The notes: generated from the letters alone by a model not told the origin. A DNA stretch of 64,000 bases from Gammaproteobacteria bacterium (GCA_029245525.1 JAQWPD010000101.1:47197-111196), one strand, 5' to 3'; shown: positions 8,131 through 17,625, counted from the first letter of the stretch. Made by a program: numbers and translations.

Positions 8131-9179
8131 AAACTGTGCTCGCAGACAAAATCGGATCGGTTGCGCTTCACAAAAGCATCAGCCAGGAGCTTCACCTAAG
8201 CCCGGAAATACCGTGCGAGGAAGGCGTGCTTATTGCCGTTGAAGTGCTGAACAATAAAGCCACTTACAACAAACTTGAACTGGTTAGCGGTCGGATGGCA
8301 CAGCTGAAGCGCGGCGATATCATCGTAGGTGCTCTCGGACATCGAAATGCCTTATTTGGTTACTCCGGTCACCTGCCAGAAACTGTAAAGCCCGGGGACA
8401 TTTTGCAGCTACTGAATATTGGTGGCGTGATTGGCGTCTGCGATTCTGTTAATGCCAATTTCGGCCAACCTTTTGAGGGTAAGGTACTGGGCGCAGTGCT
8501 CGAATTTCCGCATCTAGGCGAACGCATCGGCGTTCCGGCGCGTGTTGGTGGTGAAACGCTTGATGGATTACCGCCTCTCGATACGCAAGGCATCCCAATA
8601 GTTGCGCTTGCCGGAACCTGCATGGATTCAGGGAAAACAGCCGCCGCATGCGCAATTGTCAGCCGCCTGCGTCACCAAGGTTTTACAGTCGACGCCTTCA
8701 AGGCGACCGGTGTCGCTTTACGTCGCGATATTCTGGCTATGGAGGATGCCGGTGCGCGCAATACCGTCATTTTCAGTGATTTTGGCGTGGTTGCCAGCTC
8801 GGATGAAACCGGGCCCGCAGTGACTCGCACAATGCTAAATAAGCTGTGTGCCAAAAAACCTGACGTTGTGGTGTTTGAGCTTGGCGATGGCCTGCTAGGC
8901 ACTTATGGTGTCCAAGCGATACTGGCGGATGAAGACATTAAGAAGGCGCTATCCTGCATTATACTTTGCGCCAATGACCCTGTAGCGGCATGGGGGGGCG
9001 TCAAGCTCATGCAGCAAGACTACAACCTCGACACCAGTGCTGTTACAGGCCCTGCCACGGATAATCAGGTCGGAAAAAAATTGATCAATACCCGTTTAAA
9101 TGTGCCGGCATGGAATGCGCTGACTGATAGCACTGAGCTCGGTGATGAGGTTATCAACATTCTTAAACTGAAAAAATAG
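8127..9179 (+). CDS. Uncharacterised P-loop protein (BioD/CobQ/DUF1611-like GTxxxSGKT motif) embedded in the arg operon
   Basis: Its ATG at 8127 overlaps the argG TGA (ATGA). The N-terminal ~165 aa look like a beta-rich domain. Then comes IPIVALAGTCMDSGKTAAACAIVSRLRHQGFTVDAFKATG. I do not recognise any arginine enzyme family. Confidence 0.6.
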   Translation: MKTVLADKIGSVALHKSISQELHLSPEIPCEEGVLIAVEVLNNKATYNKLELVSGRMAQLKRGDIIVGALGHRNALFGYSGHLPETVKPGDILQLLNIGGVIGVCDSVNANFGQPFEGKVLGAVLEFPHLGERIGVPARVGGETLDGLPPLDTQGIPIVALAGTCMDSGKTAAACAIVSRLRHQGFTVDAFKATGVALRRDILAMEDAGARNTVIFSDFGVVASSDETGPAVTRTMLNKLCAKKPDVVVFELGDGLLGTYGVQAILADEDIKKALSCIILCANDPVAAWGGVKLMQQDYNLDTSAVTGPATDNQVGKKLINTRLNVPAWNALTDSTELGDEVINILKLKK

Positions 9180-9226
9180 CATAAAATTTTTTGCAGCACT
9201 GAAGTCGGTTGCATTGGACTAAAGTA

Positions 9227-10273
9227 ATGAGTGATACAGTTAAAACAGTGGTTATTGGCAGCTCCGGATATGTCGGCGGAGAGCTGCTGCGCCTGATAGC
9301 GGGGCACCCACAACTGGAGCTCGCTGCTGCAGTATCGGAGTCGAACTCCGGAATGCCCATCAATAGTGTGTTTCCGCATTTGCACAATGCACTGGGTGAG
9401 CAATGTTTTATTGGCCCGGATGAACTGCAGCAACATCTGCATGGCAAAATAGCGATATTTTCGGCCGCGCCTCATGGAGCAAGCGCGGGCATGATTGCCG
9501 ATGTTCTGGCACAAGCCAAGGACGCCGATGTGCGTGTAGTGGATGTGTCTGCTGACTTCCGCTTTGCCGATAGCGCCAGTTACTCTGCTGTTTATGGTGA
9601 ACATGGTGCTCCGGAACTGCTTGATCAGTTTGTCTGTGGACTGCCGGAACACATGCCCAATACAGAACACACGAGCGTGGGCCATCCTGGCTGTTTTGCT
9701 ACCGCTATGCTGCTTGCGGCTGTGCCGCTGCTGCAGTTGGACCTGATTGAGCCCGAACTGAACGCCTTTGGTATTACCGGCAGCACTGGCTCAGGTCAGG
9801 CGCCATCTGCGGGCACCCATCATCCGGTACGCAACTCGAATCTGTATGCTTATAAGCCGCTGGAACATCGTCATGCGCCTGAGGTTGTTGCTATCTGCAA
9901 AGCTCTAACCGGCAAAAACAGCACGCTCAACTTTATTCCCCACTCCGGCCCGTTTGCGCGGGGCATTCATATGACGGTTCAGGCTAAATTGAAACAGCCA
10001 CGGACGACCGAAGAACTGGTCGCAGAATTTACTGACTTTTATAACCACAACGAGTTCGTCACCGTGGTCAGTGGTCAGCCAAAGCTAAAAGATGTGACGT
10101 GCAGTAACTATTCACAAATAGGTATCGCCACTAATGGCGATACCGTGGTGGTATTCACGGTCATAGACAATTTAATTAAAGGTGCCGCGGGGGGCGCAGT
10201 TCAATGGATGAACCGCAAACTCGGCTTTGATGAAACACTGGGCCTGACGACACCCGGAAGTGGCTGGGGTTAA
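9227..10273 (+). CDS. argC: N-acyl-gamma-glutamyl-phosphate reductase
   Basis: VVIGSSGYVGGELLRL Rossmann motif and catalytic-Cys region GHPGCFATA. I chose the start at ATG 9227 (MSDTVK); the TTG at 9209 is the longer alternative. Confidence 0.9.
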   Translation: MSDTVKTVVIGSSGYVGGELLRLIAGHPQLELAAAVSESNSGMPINSVFPHLHNALGEQCFIGPDELQQHLHGKIAIFSAAPHGASAGMIADVLAQAKDADVRVVDVSADFRFADSASYSAVYGEHGAPELLDQFVCGLPEHMPNTEHTSVGHPGCFATAMLLAAVPLLQLDLIEPELNAFGITGSTGSGQAPSAGTHHPVRNSNLYAYKPLEHRHAPEVVAICKALTGKNSTLNFIPHSGPFARGIHMTVQAKLKQPRTTEELVAEFTDFYNHNEFVTVVSGQPKLKDVTCSNYSQIGIATNGDTVVVFTVIDNLIKGAAGGAVQWMNRKLGFDETLGLTTPGSGWG

Positions 10274-10277
10274 GGAC

Positions 10278-11441
10278 ATGAGCAACAAAAAAAATGCGGC
10301 GCAACAGGCCGAAGCCGAGCATCTGTTGCAGGTTTATGCTCAGTGGAATTTTGAGCCGGTATCCGCCAAAGGTGTGCATATTCAGTGCAAAGATCGCGAA
10401 TTGCTTGATCTTTATGGCGGTCATGCTGTCGCTGCTGTTGGCTATAGTCACCCCGCTTTGGTTAAAGCACTAGAACATCAGGCTAATACGCTATTTTTCC
10501 AAAGCAACGCTGTTGCGCTTGATGTGCGCGCAGAAGCAGCGCGCAAACTTGCTGATTTTGCGCCTCCAACGATGGACCATGTGTTTTTGGTTAATGGCGG
10601 TGCTGAAGCCAATGAAAATGCGCTGCGCATTGCTATTAAACACACTAATCGAGGCAAGGTAGTGGCTATCGAACATGGCTTCCATGGTCGGACTGCAGCG
10701 GCTGGCGCCTGCACTTGGGGCGCTAAAGATAATTGGTACAGCTTCCCGAACACGCCATTTGACGTCGATTTCCTGCCCAGAGACCAGGTTGGCGATATCA
10801 ATTCTTATATCGACAAAAATACCGCGGCCGTTATTCTGGAGCCCGTACAAGGTGTAGCTGGTGCGTATGACCTCAGCGTTGACTTTGTGCAAGGGATTGC
10901 GGAACGCTGCAAAGCTGTTGGCGCGCTGTTAATTGCGGATGAGGTACAAACCGGCATTGGGCGCTGTGGCACTGCCTTTGCAATTGAACTGTATGACATT
11001 ACGCCGGATATCATCACCACAGCTAAGGCGTTGGGTGGAGGTTTTCCTGTCGGCGCAGTAATTGTGGCAGAGCATCTTAAAGATGCCGTCCACAATGGCG
11101 ACCTTGGTACTACCTTCGGTGGTGGTCCACTCGCCTGTGCGGTGGTTTCTGCGGTGCTTGATGTAATTAACAAGGAAAACCTAATAAGCAACGTGTGTGA
11201 GCAAACAGAATTCTTGCACGCAAATCTGCCAGCCGGGCCGGTGGTTGGCATTCAGGGCAAAGGTTTTCTTGCCGGATTAATCTGCGACCGGCCAGCAAAA
11301 GAAGTGGCCGCGCAACTTCTGAAACGCAACATACTGGTAGGCAGTAGCTCTGATCCTAAAGTGATCCGCTTGTTGCCGCCATTGACGCTGCAGCGCGAAC
11401 ATATACAACAACTGCTCGATGCTTTGGCAGATATTAAATAG
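10278..11441 (+). CDS. argD: Acetyl/succinyl-ornithine aminotransferase (class III PLP aminotransferase)
   Basis: AAGGA lies before ATG 10278. Motifs include FHGRT, ADEVQTGIGRCG, and TTAKALGGGFP carrying the PLP lysine. Position within the arg operon. Confidence 0.85.
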   Translation: MSNKKNAAQQAEAEHLLQVYAQWNFEPVSAKGVHIQCKDRELLDLYGGHAVAAVGYSHPALVKALEHQANTLFFQSNAVALDVRAEAARKLADFAPPTMDHVFLVNGGAEANENALRIAIKHTNRGKVVAIEHGFHGRTAAAGACTWGAKDNWYSFPNTPFDVDFLPRDQVGDINSYIDKNTAAVILEPVQGVAGAYDLSVDFVQGIAERCKAVGALLIADEVQTGIGRCGTAFAIELYDITPDIITTAKALGGGFPVGAVIVAEHLKDAVHNGDLGTTFGGGPLACAVVSAVLDVINKENLISNVCEQTEFLHANLPAGPVVGIQGKGFLAGLICDRPAKEVAAQLLKRNILVGSSSDPKVIRLLPPLTLQREHIQQLLDALADIK

Positions 11442-11467
11442 CCTGACTCAATCCACAAGGTAATGAC

Positions 11468-12472
11468 ATGAAAGAGTTTCAAGATTTGGCCCTGATCACT
11501 CCGGAAGAAGTAGAAAATCTACTATCTCTGGCTCAGCGCCTAGAAACACACCCAGAGCCACGGGCTTTGGAAGGGAAGATTCTGGCACTGCTGTTCCTGA
11601 ATCCTTCGCTGCGCACATTAGCTTCATTTCAGGCGGCAATGGGTCGTTTGGGAGGTAACTCATTTGTCATCTCGCCAGACATGTCAATTCACGGATTAGA
11701 AACGCGTCGCGGTATCGTGATGGACGGACAAGCTGCTGAACATATTCGGGAGGCTATTCCCGTTATCGCATCATACGCAGATGCTCTTGGTATCCGAGCG
11801 TTTGCTGAACGCGAAGAACTTGATCATGATCTGGCCGACAAAGATTACATGGCATTTCGTGAGCTGGTAAAAATACCGCTCATCAACATGGAATCTGCCA
11901 TCAACCATCCCTGTCAAAGTCTAGCGGACTGGAAAACAATGGACGATTTGGGGATGCCACGCGTGGGCGGCAAGTTTGTGTTGAGCTGGGCCTATCACCC
12001 ACGGGCATTGCCACTGGCAGTGCCCTCAGCAACAGTGCATATGGCGGCGATGCGCGGGATGGACGTTACGGTTTTACGCCCAGAAGGCTTTGAACTGCCT
12101 GAAAGTATCATGAAAAAGGCACAAGAAGCAGCGCAGTTCTCCGGCGGGTCGGTAAGCGAGACTGATGACAAAGCTGCCGCACTGGAAGGTGCTCATGTGA
12201 TCTATGCAAAATCATGGGCATCAACAAAGCATTATGGTCACCTGCCTAACGACGAAAAAGCACGGGAAGGATTAAAACATTGGTGCATCAACAACAGTTG
12301 GTTTGATACCACGCAAAAAGATGCACGATTTATGCATTGTCTGCCGGCGAGACGCGGCATCGTTGTGGCTGATGAAGTTCTGGATGGACCACGCAGTGTG
12401 GTTATTCCGGAAGCGCGTAACAGAATGTATGCACAAATGGCTGTGCTGCATCAAATGCTAGGAACTAAGTAA
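11468..12472 (+). CDS. argF': N-acyl-L-ornithine carbamoyltransferase (AOTCase/SOTCase family, ArgF')
   Basis: The motifs SLRT, VMDGQAAEHIREAIPV, INMESAINHPCQSLAD, LSWAYHPRALPLAVP, YAKSW, HCLPARRG and VVIPEARNR match the Xanthomonas/Bacteroides acyl-ornithine transcarbamylases rather than classical OTCase. Confidence 0.8.
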   Translation: MKEFQDLALITPEEVENLLSLAQRLETHPEPRALEGKILALLFLNPSLRTLASFQAAMGRLGGNSFVISPDMSIHGLETRRGIVMDGQAAEHIREAIPVIASYADALGIRAFAEREELDHDLADKDYMAFRELVKIPLINMESAINHPCQSLADWKTMDDLGMPRVGGKFVLSWAYHPRALPLAVPSATVHMAAMRGMDVTVLRPEGFELPESIMKKAQEAAQFSGGSVSETDDKAAALEGAHVIYAKSWASTKHYGHLPNDEKAREGLKHWCINNSWFDTTQKDARFMHCLPARRGIVVADEVLDGPRSVVIPEARNRMYAQMAVLHQMLGTK

Positions 12473-12475
12473 CTG

Positions 12476-13402
12476 ATGATTAATAACACTAAAACCCGGG
12501 ACATCGTAGTAGCGGCGCTCACTCACGCGACGCCGTACATACGCATGTACAAAAACAAGGTCTTCGTTATTAAGGCCGGCGGTGAAGTGTTTGAGAACAT
12601 GGGAACCACCAAGACACTGGTTGAACAAATAGCAATACTTCATCAGATCGGCATTCGCGTGGTCATTGTTCATGGTGGCGGCCCGCAGTCAACGCGATTA
12701 GCCGACACACTAAATATCGAAACCAAGATGATCGAGGGACGTCGGGTAACAGATGCCAATATGCTGAAGGTATCGGCCATGGTTCTAAATGGTCAAATCA
12801 ACACCCAGATTCTGGCCGCTTGCCGAAGTCTAAGTGTGCCGGCCGTGGGAATCAGCGGCGTGGATTGTGGACTCATTAAGGCCAGCAAGCGTACTCCTGT
12901 AAAAATAGGTGATTCGACCGTGGACTTCGGTTTCGTCGGTAATATTGATTCAGTTGATATCAGTGTATTGCAGACGCAACTGGACAGTGGGTTGGTGCCG
13001 GTCATCAGCCCGTTATCAGCAGATGGCGATGGCACACTGCTGAACATCAATGCCGATACCGTCGCAGCAGAAATCGCCTCTGCATTGGGTGCGGAAAAAC
13101 TCATTCTTGCAACCGGCGCAGCGGGTATTCTTGGAAACGTCGATGACCCTGGCTCAATTATTAGCTATGTCGATATCGAGGGCTTACAGGTACTGCGAAA
13201 CAATGGCTCGTTAAAAGCCGGCATGTTGCCAAAGGCCACTGCTATCGAATCGGCTATTCAAGGTGGTGTATCGCGTGTGCATATGATCTCGTACAAGGTA
13301 CCCAACAGCCTACTGCTGGAAATCTTCACTAATGAAGGTACCGGTACACTAATCGTCAAACACATTGAAGCACTCTCCGCGGCAGAACAGGGGCAGGACT
13401 AA
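12476..13402 (+). CDS. argB: N-acylglutamate kinase
   Basis: Amino acid kinase fold, VIKAGGEV, VVIVHGGGPQ, NINADT. 308 aa with no fused GNAT domain. Confidence 0.9.
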   Translation: MINNTKTRDIVVAALTHATPYIRMYKNKVFVIKAGGEVFENMGTTKTLVEQIAILHQIGIRVVIVHGGGPQSTRLADTLNIETKMIEGRRVTDANMLKVSAMVLNGQINTQILAACRSLSVPAVGISGVDCGLIKASKRTPVKIGDSTVDFGFVGNIDSVDISVLQTQLDSGLVPVISPLSADGDGTLLNINADTVAAEIASALGAEKLILATGAAGILGNVDDPGSIISYVDIEGLQVLRNNGSLKAGMLPKATAIESAIQGGVSRVHMISYKVPNSLLLEIFTNEGTGTLIVKHIEALSAAEQGQD

Positions 13403-14595
13403 TGTCATCAAACACACGCTTGTGGGATAAAGGTCAGCCATTGGATGAGCGTATCCTCCGTTACACTGCAGGTGACGATCACATACTTGATGCTCGCCTG
13501 GTTCAGTATGATGTGCGCGCTTCTATTGCACACGCTGGCATGCTGCATGCGCAGGGGCTGATAAGCAAAGCCGATTACACTGCCATTGAAGCCGGTCTGG
13601 GTGCGCTAGCTGAATCTTACGCTGCAGGAGAATGGTGCATCTCGCTAGAAGATGAGGATGTCCATACTGCGCTAGAGAGTCGGCTCACCGATGCCATAGG
13701 TGATGCTGGAAAACGAATTCACTTAGGTCGCTCTCGTAACGATCAGGTGTTGGTCGCACTTCGTTTGTATTTGCGCGATGCGGCACAACAACTTGCAACA
13801 GCCGCACAAACCACCGTTACTGCCTTAGAGGAACTAGCAGACAAGCAAGGGCAGGTTGCCCTCCCCGGCTACACACATATGCAACAGGGCATGCCCAGCT
13901 CTGTGGATCTGTGGGCAGGTGCTTATGCCGCTGAGTTGCAGGATGATATCGCGGGCATTAAACGCACATTGGGGCGGATAAACCTCAGCCCTTTAGGCAG
14001 TGCAGCGGGCTATGGCACGCCCAATGTTCCGGTAGACCGGCAGTTTACGGCCGATGCTTTAGACTTCGACAAAGTGCACGAACCCGTCACAGCAGTGCAA
14101 CTCTCGCGCGGCAAAGCCGAAGCATCGTTAGTGTTTGAACTGTCCTTGCTTATGCAGGACCTAGGGCGACTCGCCTCCGACCTGCTGTTATTTTATACGC
14201 AGGAGTTTGCGTTTATTAGCCTGCCCGACAACATAACCACCGGCTCCTCAATTATGCCGCAGAAGCGTAATCCCGATGTACTGGAGCTTGTGCGAGCGGC
14301 ATCGGCAACCATGCAAGGCAGTCTAGTGGAAATAATGAGCATCACTGCTAAATTACCCTCAGGCTATCAGCGCGACCTGCAGCGCATTAAGTCGCCTCTT
14401 TTTAAGGCAATTGATCTCGCCCAAGATTCAGCGCTGATCATGACCAATCTTGTCAATGGCCTGAGCTTCAATGCCGAGAATATCGTATTGGATCCATCAG
14501 TTCATGCAGCTGCCGATGCTAACAAGATGGTTGTTGAAGAGGGTATTAGCTTTCGTGATGCCTATCGCCGGGTTGGCGAGGCTTATAAAAAGTGA
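13402..14595 (+). CDS. argH: Argininosuccinate lyase
   Basis: Fumarate-lyase family motifs TGSSIMPQKRNPD and HLGRSRNDQV. Its ATG shares 1 nt with the argB TAA. Confidence 0.9.
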   Translation: MSSNTRLWDKGQPLDERILRYTAGDDHILDARLVQYDVRASIAHAGMLHAQGLISKADYTAIEAGLGALAESYAAGEWCISLEDEDVHTALESRLTDAIGDAGKRIHLGRSRNDQVLVALRLYLRDAAQQLATAAQTTVTALEELADKQGQVALPGYTHMQQGMPSSVDLWAGAYAAELQDDIAGIKRTLGRINLSPLGSAAGYGTPNVPVDRQFTADALDFDKVHEPVTAVQLSRGKAEASLVFELSLLMQDLGRLASDLLLFYTQEFAFISLPDNITTGSSIMPQKRNPDVLELVRAASATMQGSLVEIMSITAKLPSGYQRDLQRIKSPLFKAIDLAQDSALIMTNLVNGLSFNAENIVLDPSVHAAADANKMVVEEGISFRDAYRRVGEAYKK

Positions 14596-14810
14596 TTGGC
14601 ACACAACCGAGCGTATTGCTTCTAGGCGTAATTTTTAGCCTTAGCCTTACGGCCTGTGGTCAGTCTGGCGCCCTGTATTTACCTGGTTCTGAGCCCATCA
14701 ACTCGGCAAGCTCAGCGCCTAACACGGAAACAGCTGCTGATGAACAGGACGAACTCACAGAGCTTACCGAATCGACAATACCGACCTCTGATACCGAAGT
14801 AACCGAATGA
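14592..14810 (+). CDS. lptM: Small lipoprotein of the LptM/YifL type
   Basis: GTG start overlaps the argH stop (GTGA). Lipobox SLTAC is followed by GQSGALYLPG, as in E. coli YifL (LTGCGLKGPLYFP). Acidic low-complexity tail. Confidence 0.7.
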   Translation: MIGTQPSVLLLGVIFSLSLTACGQSGALYLPGSEPINSASSAPNTETAADEQDELTELTESTIPTSDTEVTE

Positions 14811-17536
14811 GCAAAGAGCAATCATTGCTTTTGGTGGATGGGTCTTCATACCTATACCGCGCATTTCATGCTGCGCCGCCGCTAAATACACGCAGCGGTC
14901 AGCCGACCGGTGCTATCCACGTCATGCTGAATATGCTGCATAAGACTCTGCGTGAAGAGAATACCGATCTCGTCGCCATTGTCATGGATGCGCCGGGAAA
15001 AAATTTCCGTCATGACATGTATCCAGACTACAAAGCCAACCGGCCACCCATGCCCGATGATCTGCGACTGCAAGTTGATGCATTGAATACGGCTATCGAG
15101 TTATCGGGTTTACCGTTTATTCGCGCACCCGGTGTGGAAGCTGATGATGTAATTGGTACGCTGGCAACTCAGGCCACTGCTGCCGGAATCAGCACCATCA
15201 TCAGCACCGGCGATAAAGATATGGCGCAGCTTGTTAACAGCTCTGTGTCATTAATCGACACCATGCATAACCCGTCGCGCCGAACAGACATCATCGGTGT
15301 AAAGAAAAAATTCGACGTCACACCCGAGCAGATTATTGACTACCTTGCACTTGTCGGCGACACCTCCGATAACGTGCCGGGGATCCCAAAGTGCGGTCCT
15401 AAAACTGCTGCCAAATGGCTCAATGAATACGGTTCAATCGATAAACTGGTTGCGCATGCTGGCGATATCGGCGGCAAAATTGGCGAGAGCCTGCGTGCCA
15501 ATTTGGAGCAGTTACAGCTCTCCAGACGGTTGGTTACCATCGATACCGCCGTTGAACTGGACTATTCGCCAGACTCACTGGCTGCGACCAAGCCAGATAA
15601 TAAAGGGCTTCAGAAGCTGTACGAAGAACTCGAACTCAAAGGACTGCTGAAAACTCTGGGACAAGACTCTTCAGCAGCCGTAAGCGCCTCGTCTGAATCG
15701 GCTTATGATATGCCGGAAATCAATAACGAGCGCCAGTACGAAACCCTCCTCACTAACGCAGATCTGGAGCGCTGGCTCAAGAAAATAGAATCTGCTTCGC
15801 TGACGGCGTTTGATACTGAGACAACCAGCATTAACTATATGCAGGCTAAACTGGTGGGCATGTCGTTTGCAGTAGAGGCGGGCGAAGCCGCATATCTGCC
15901 GGTTGCTCACAGCTATACTGGTGCACCAAACCAATTGGATCTTGATGCTGTACTAAAGCGTCTCAAACCGTGGCTGGAAAACAACGCCCATAAAAAAGTG
16001 GGGCATCATCTTAAGTACGATGCGCACATTCTTGCCAACTACGGTATCAACTTGAACGGCATGGCCTATGACACCATGATCGAATCCTATGTACTGAACA
16101 GTACTGCAGGCCGCCATGACTTGGATTCGGTCGCGCTACGCTATCTCGGTGTTGAAACTATTCACTATGAAGATGTGGCCGGCAAAGGGGCAAAACAGAT
16201 AGGTTTTAACGAAGTCTCTTTAGAAATCGCCGCGCCATATGCCAGCGAAGATGCCGATATTTGCTTGCAACTGCATCAGCATTTATGGGGTTTAATTGAT
16301 GCCATTCCTACACTGCGTAATCTCTATCTGAATATTGAGCAGCCGCTGGTTAAAGTGCTCCAGATAATAGAAGAAACCGGCGTACGAATTGATGATTTTC
16401 AGCTGGCCCAACAGAGCACAGAGTTAGAACAGAAGCTCCAGAAAATCGGAGCCAAAGCCCATGATGTGGCCGGGCATTCGTTTAATCTCGCCTCTCCCAA
16501 GCAGCTCCAAGCTATTCTATTTGAAGAGCTGGAGCTCCCGGTAATTCGCAAAACCCCTAAGGGTCAGCCATCCACAGCAGAAGATGTACTGCAGGAACTG
16601 GCGGACGACTACGAGCTACCACGCCTAATACTGGAATACAGAGGCATGGCAAAGCTGAAGAGCACTTATACCGACAAATTGCCTGGCATGATTAGTCCGC
16701 GCACGGGGCGCATTCACACCTCTTATCATCAATCGGTTGCCGCCACCGGACGCCTCTCGTCATCGGACCCGAATCTACAAAACATTCCAATTCGAACAGA
16801 AGAAGGTCGGCGTATCCGTCAAGCGTTTATTCCAGAGAACGGCTATCAGCTCATTGCTGCTGACTATTCGCAAATTGAGTTACGCATCATGGCGCATATT
16901 TCTGAGGATCCGAATCTTCTGGAAGCCTTCGCTAACGATAGAGACGTGCACCAGGCCACAGCCGCAGAAGTGTTTTCAGTTGAACTTGATGTCGTCACCA
17001 TCGAGCAGCGCAGAGCAGCAAAGGCGATTAATTTCGGTCTGATGTATGGCATGTCTGCATTCGGTTTAGCCAAACAACTTGGTGTGGGACGTTATGAGGC
17101 ACAGGATTATATCGACACGTATTTTGCCCGCTACCCCGGAGTGAGTAAATTTATGGAGCACACCCGCGATGAAGCCAGGCGGCTGGGCTACGTCGAAACA
17201 GTATTTGGTCGCCGACTCTACCTGCCCGAGATCAATGATCGAAACGGTCAGCGGCGGCAGTATGCTGAACGCAGCGCCATCAACGCACCAATGCAGGGCA
17301 CAGCGGCTGACATCATCAAGAAAGCCATGCTAAAGGTTCAGAACTGGCTGGACGAGGAGCACGTGGATGCACGCATCATTATGCAGGTGCACGATGAACT
17401 CGTTCTCGAGACCCGAGAGGATTGCGTTGATAAGGTCAAATTACAGCTGGAGGACCTGATGTCACAGGCCGCAACCCTTAAAGTACCGTTGCGCGTTGAT
17501 GTTGGCGTTGGTGATAACTGGGATCAAGCGCACTAA
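14807..17536 (+). CDS. polA: DNA polymerase I
   Basis: 909 aa. Contains the 5'-3' exonuclease, 3'-5' exonuclease (FDTETTS) and polymerase domains (DYSQIELRI, QVHDELV). Its ATG overlaps the lptM stop (ATGA). Confidence 0.97.
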   Translation: MSKEQSLLLVDGSSYLYRAFHAAPPLNTRSGQPTGAIHVMLNMLHKTLREENTDLVAIVMDAPGKNFRHDMYPDYKANRPPMPDDLRLQVDALNTAIELSGLPFIRAPGVEADDVIGTLATQATAAGISTIISTGDKDMAQLVNSSVSLIDTMHNPSRRTDIIGVKKKFDVTPEQIIDYLALVGDTSDNVPGIPKCGPKTAAKWLNEYGSIDKLVAHAGDIGGKIGESLRANLEQLQLSRRLVTIDTAVELDYSPDSLAATKPDNKGLQKLYEELELKGLLKTLGQDSSAAVSASSESAYDMPEINNERQYETLLTNADLERWLKKIESASLTAFDTETTSINYMQAKLVGMSFAVEAGEAAYLPVAHSYTGAPNQLDLDAVLKRLKPWLENNAHKKVGHHLKYDAHILANYGINLNGMAYDTMIESYVLNSTAGRHDLDSVALRYLGVETIHYEDVAGKGAKQIGFNEVSLEIAAPYASEDADICLQLHQHLWGLIDAIPTLRNLYLNIEQPLVKVLQIIEETGVRIDDFQLAQQSTELEQKLQKIGAKAHDVAGHSFNLASPKQLQAILFEELELPVIRKTPKGQPSTAEDVLQELADDYELPRLILEYRGMAKLKSTYTDKLPGMISPRTGRIHTSYHQSVAATGRLSSSDPNLQNIPIRTEEGRRIRQAFIPENGYQLIAADYSQIELRIMAHISEDPNLLEAFANDRDVHQATAAEVFSVELDVVTIEQRRAAKAINFGLMYGMSAFGLAKQLGVGRYEAQDYIDTYFARYPGVSKFMEHTRDEARRLGYVETVFGRRLYLPEINDRNGQRRQYAERSAINAPMQGTAADIIKKAMLKVQNWLDEEHVDARIIMQVHDELVLETREDCVDKVKLQLEDLMSQAATLKVPLRVDVGVGDNWDQAH

Positions 17537-17592
17537 ATCAGCATTATCACTTTGATTAACATAAATTATTTCACTTCCGGTCACTAAAACAT

Positions 17593-17620
17593 GAACTTTT
17601 AGCACAGATGGGTATCATAA
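17593..17620 (+). promoter_or_regulatory. SigmaE/AlgU-type promoter candidate GAACTT-N16-TCATAA
   Basis: GAACTT at 17593-17598, a 16-nt spacer, and TCATAA at 17615-17620. This is close to the envelope-stress sigma consensus GAACTT-N16/17-TCnnA. Confidence 0.4.
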
Positions 17621-17625
17621 CTACT

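Noticed and set aside
9065-9685. 206-aa minus-strand ORF spanning the junction between gene X and argC
   Set aside because: It is antisense to two well-supported, tightly packed operon genes. Its composition is Cys/His/Arg-rich and it has no recognisable motif.
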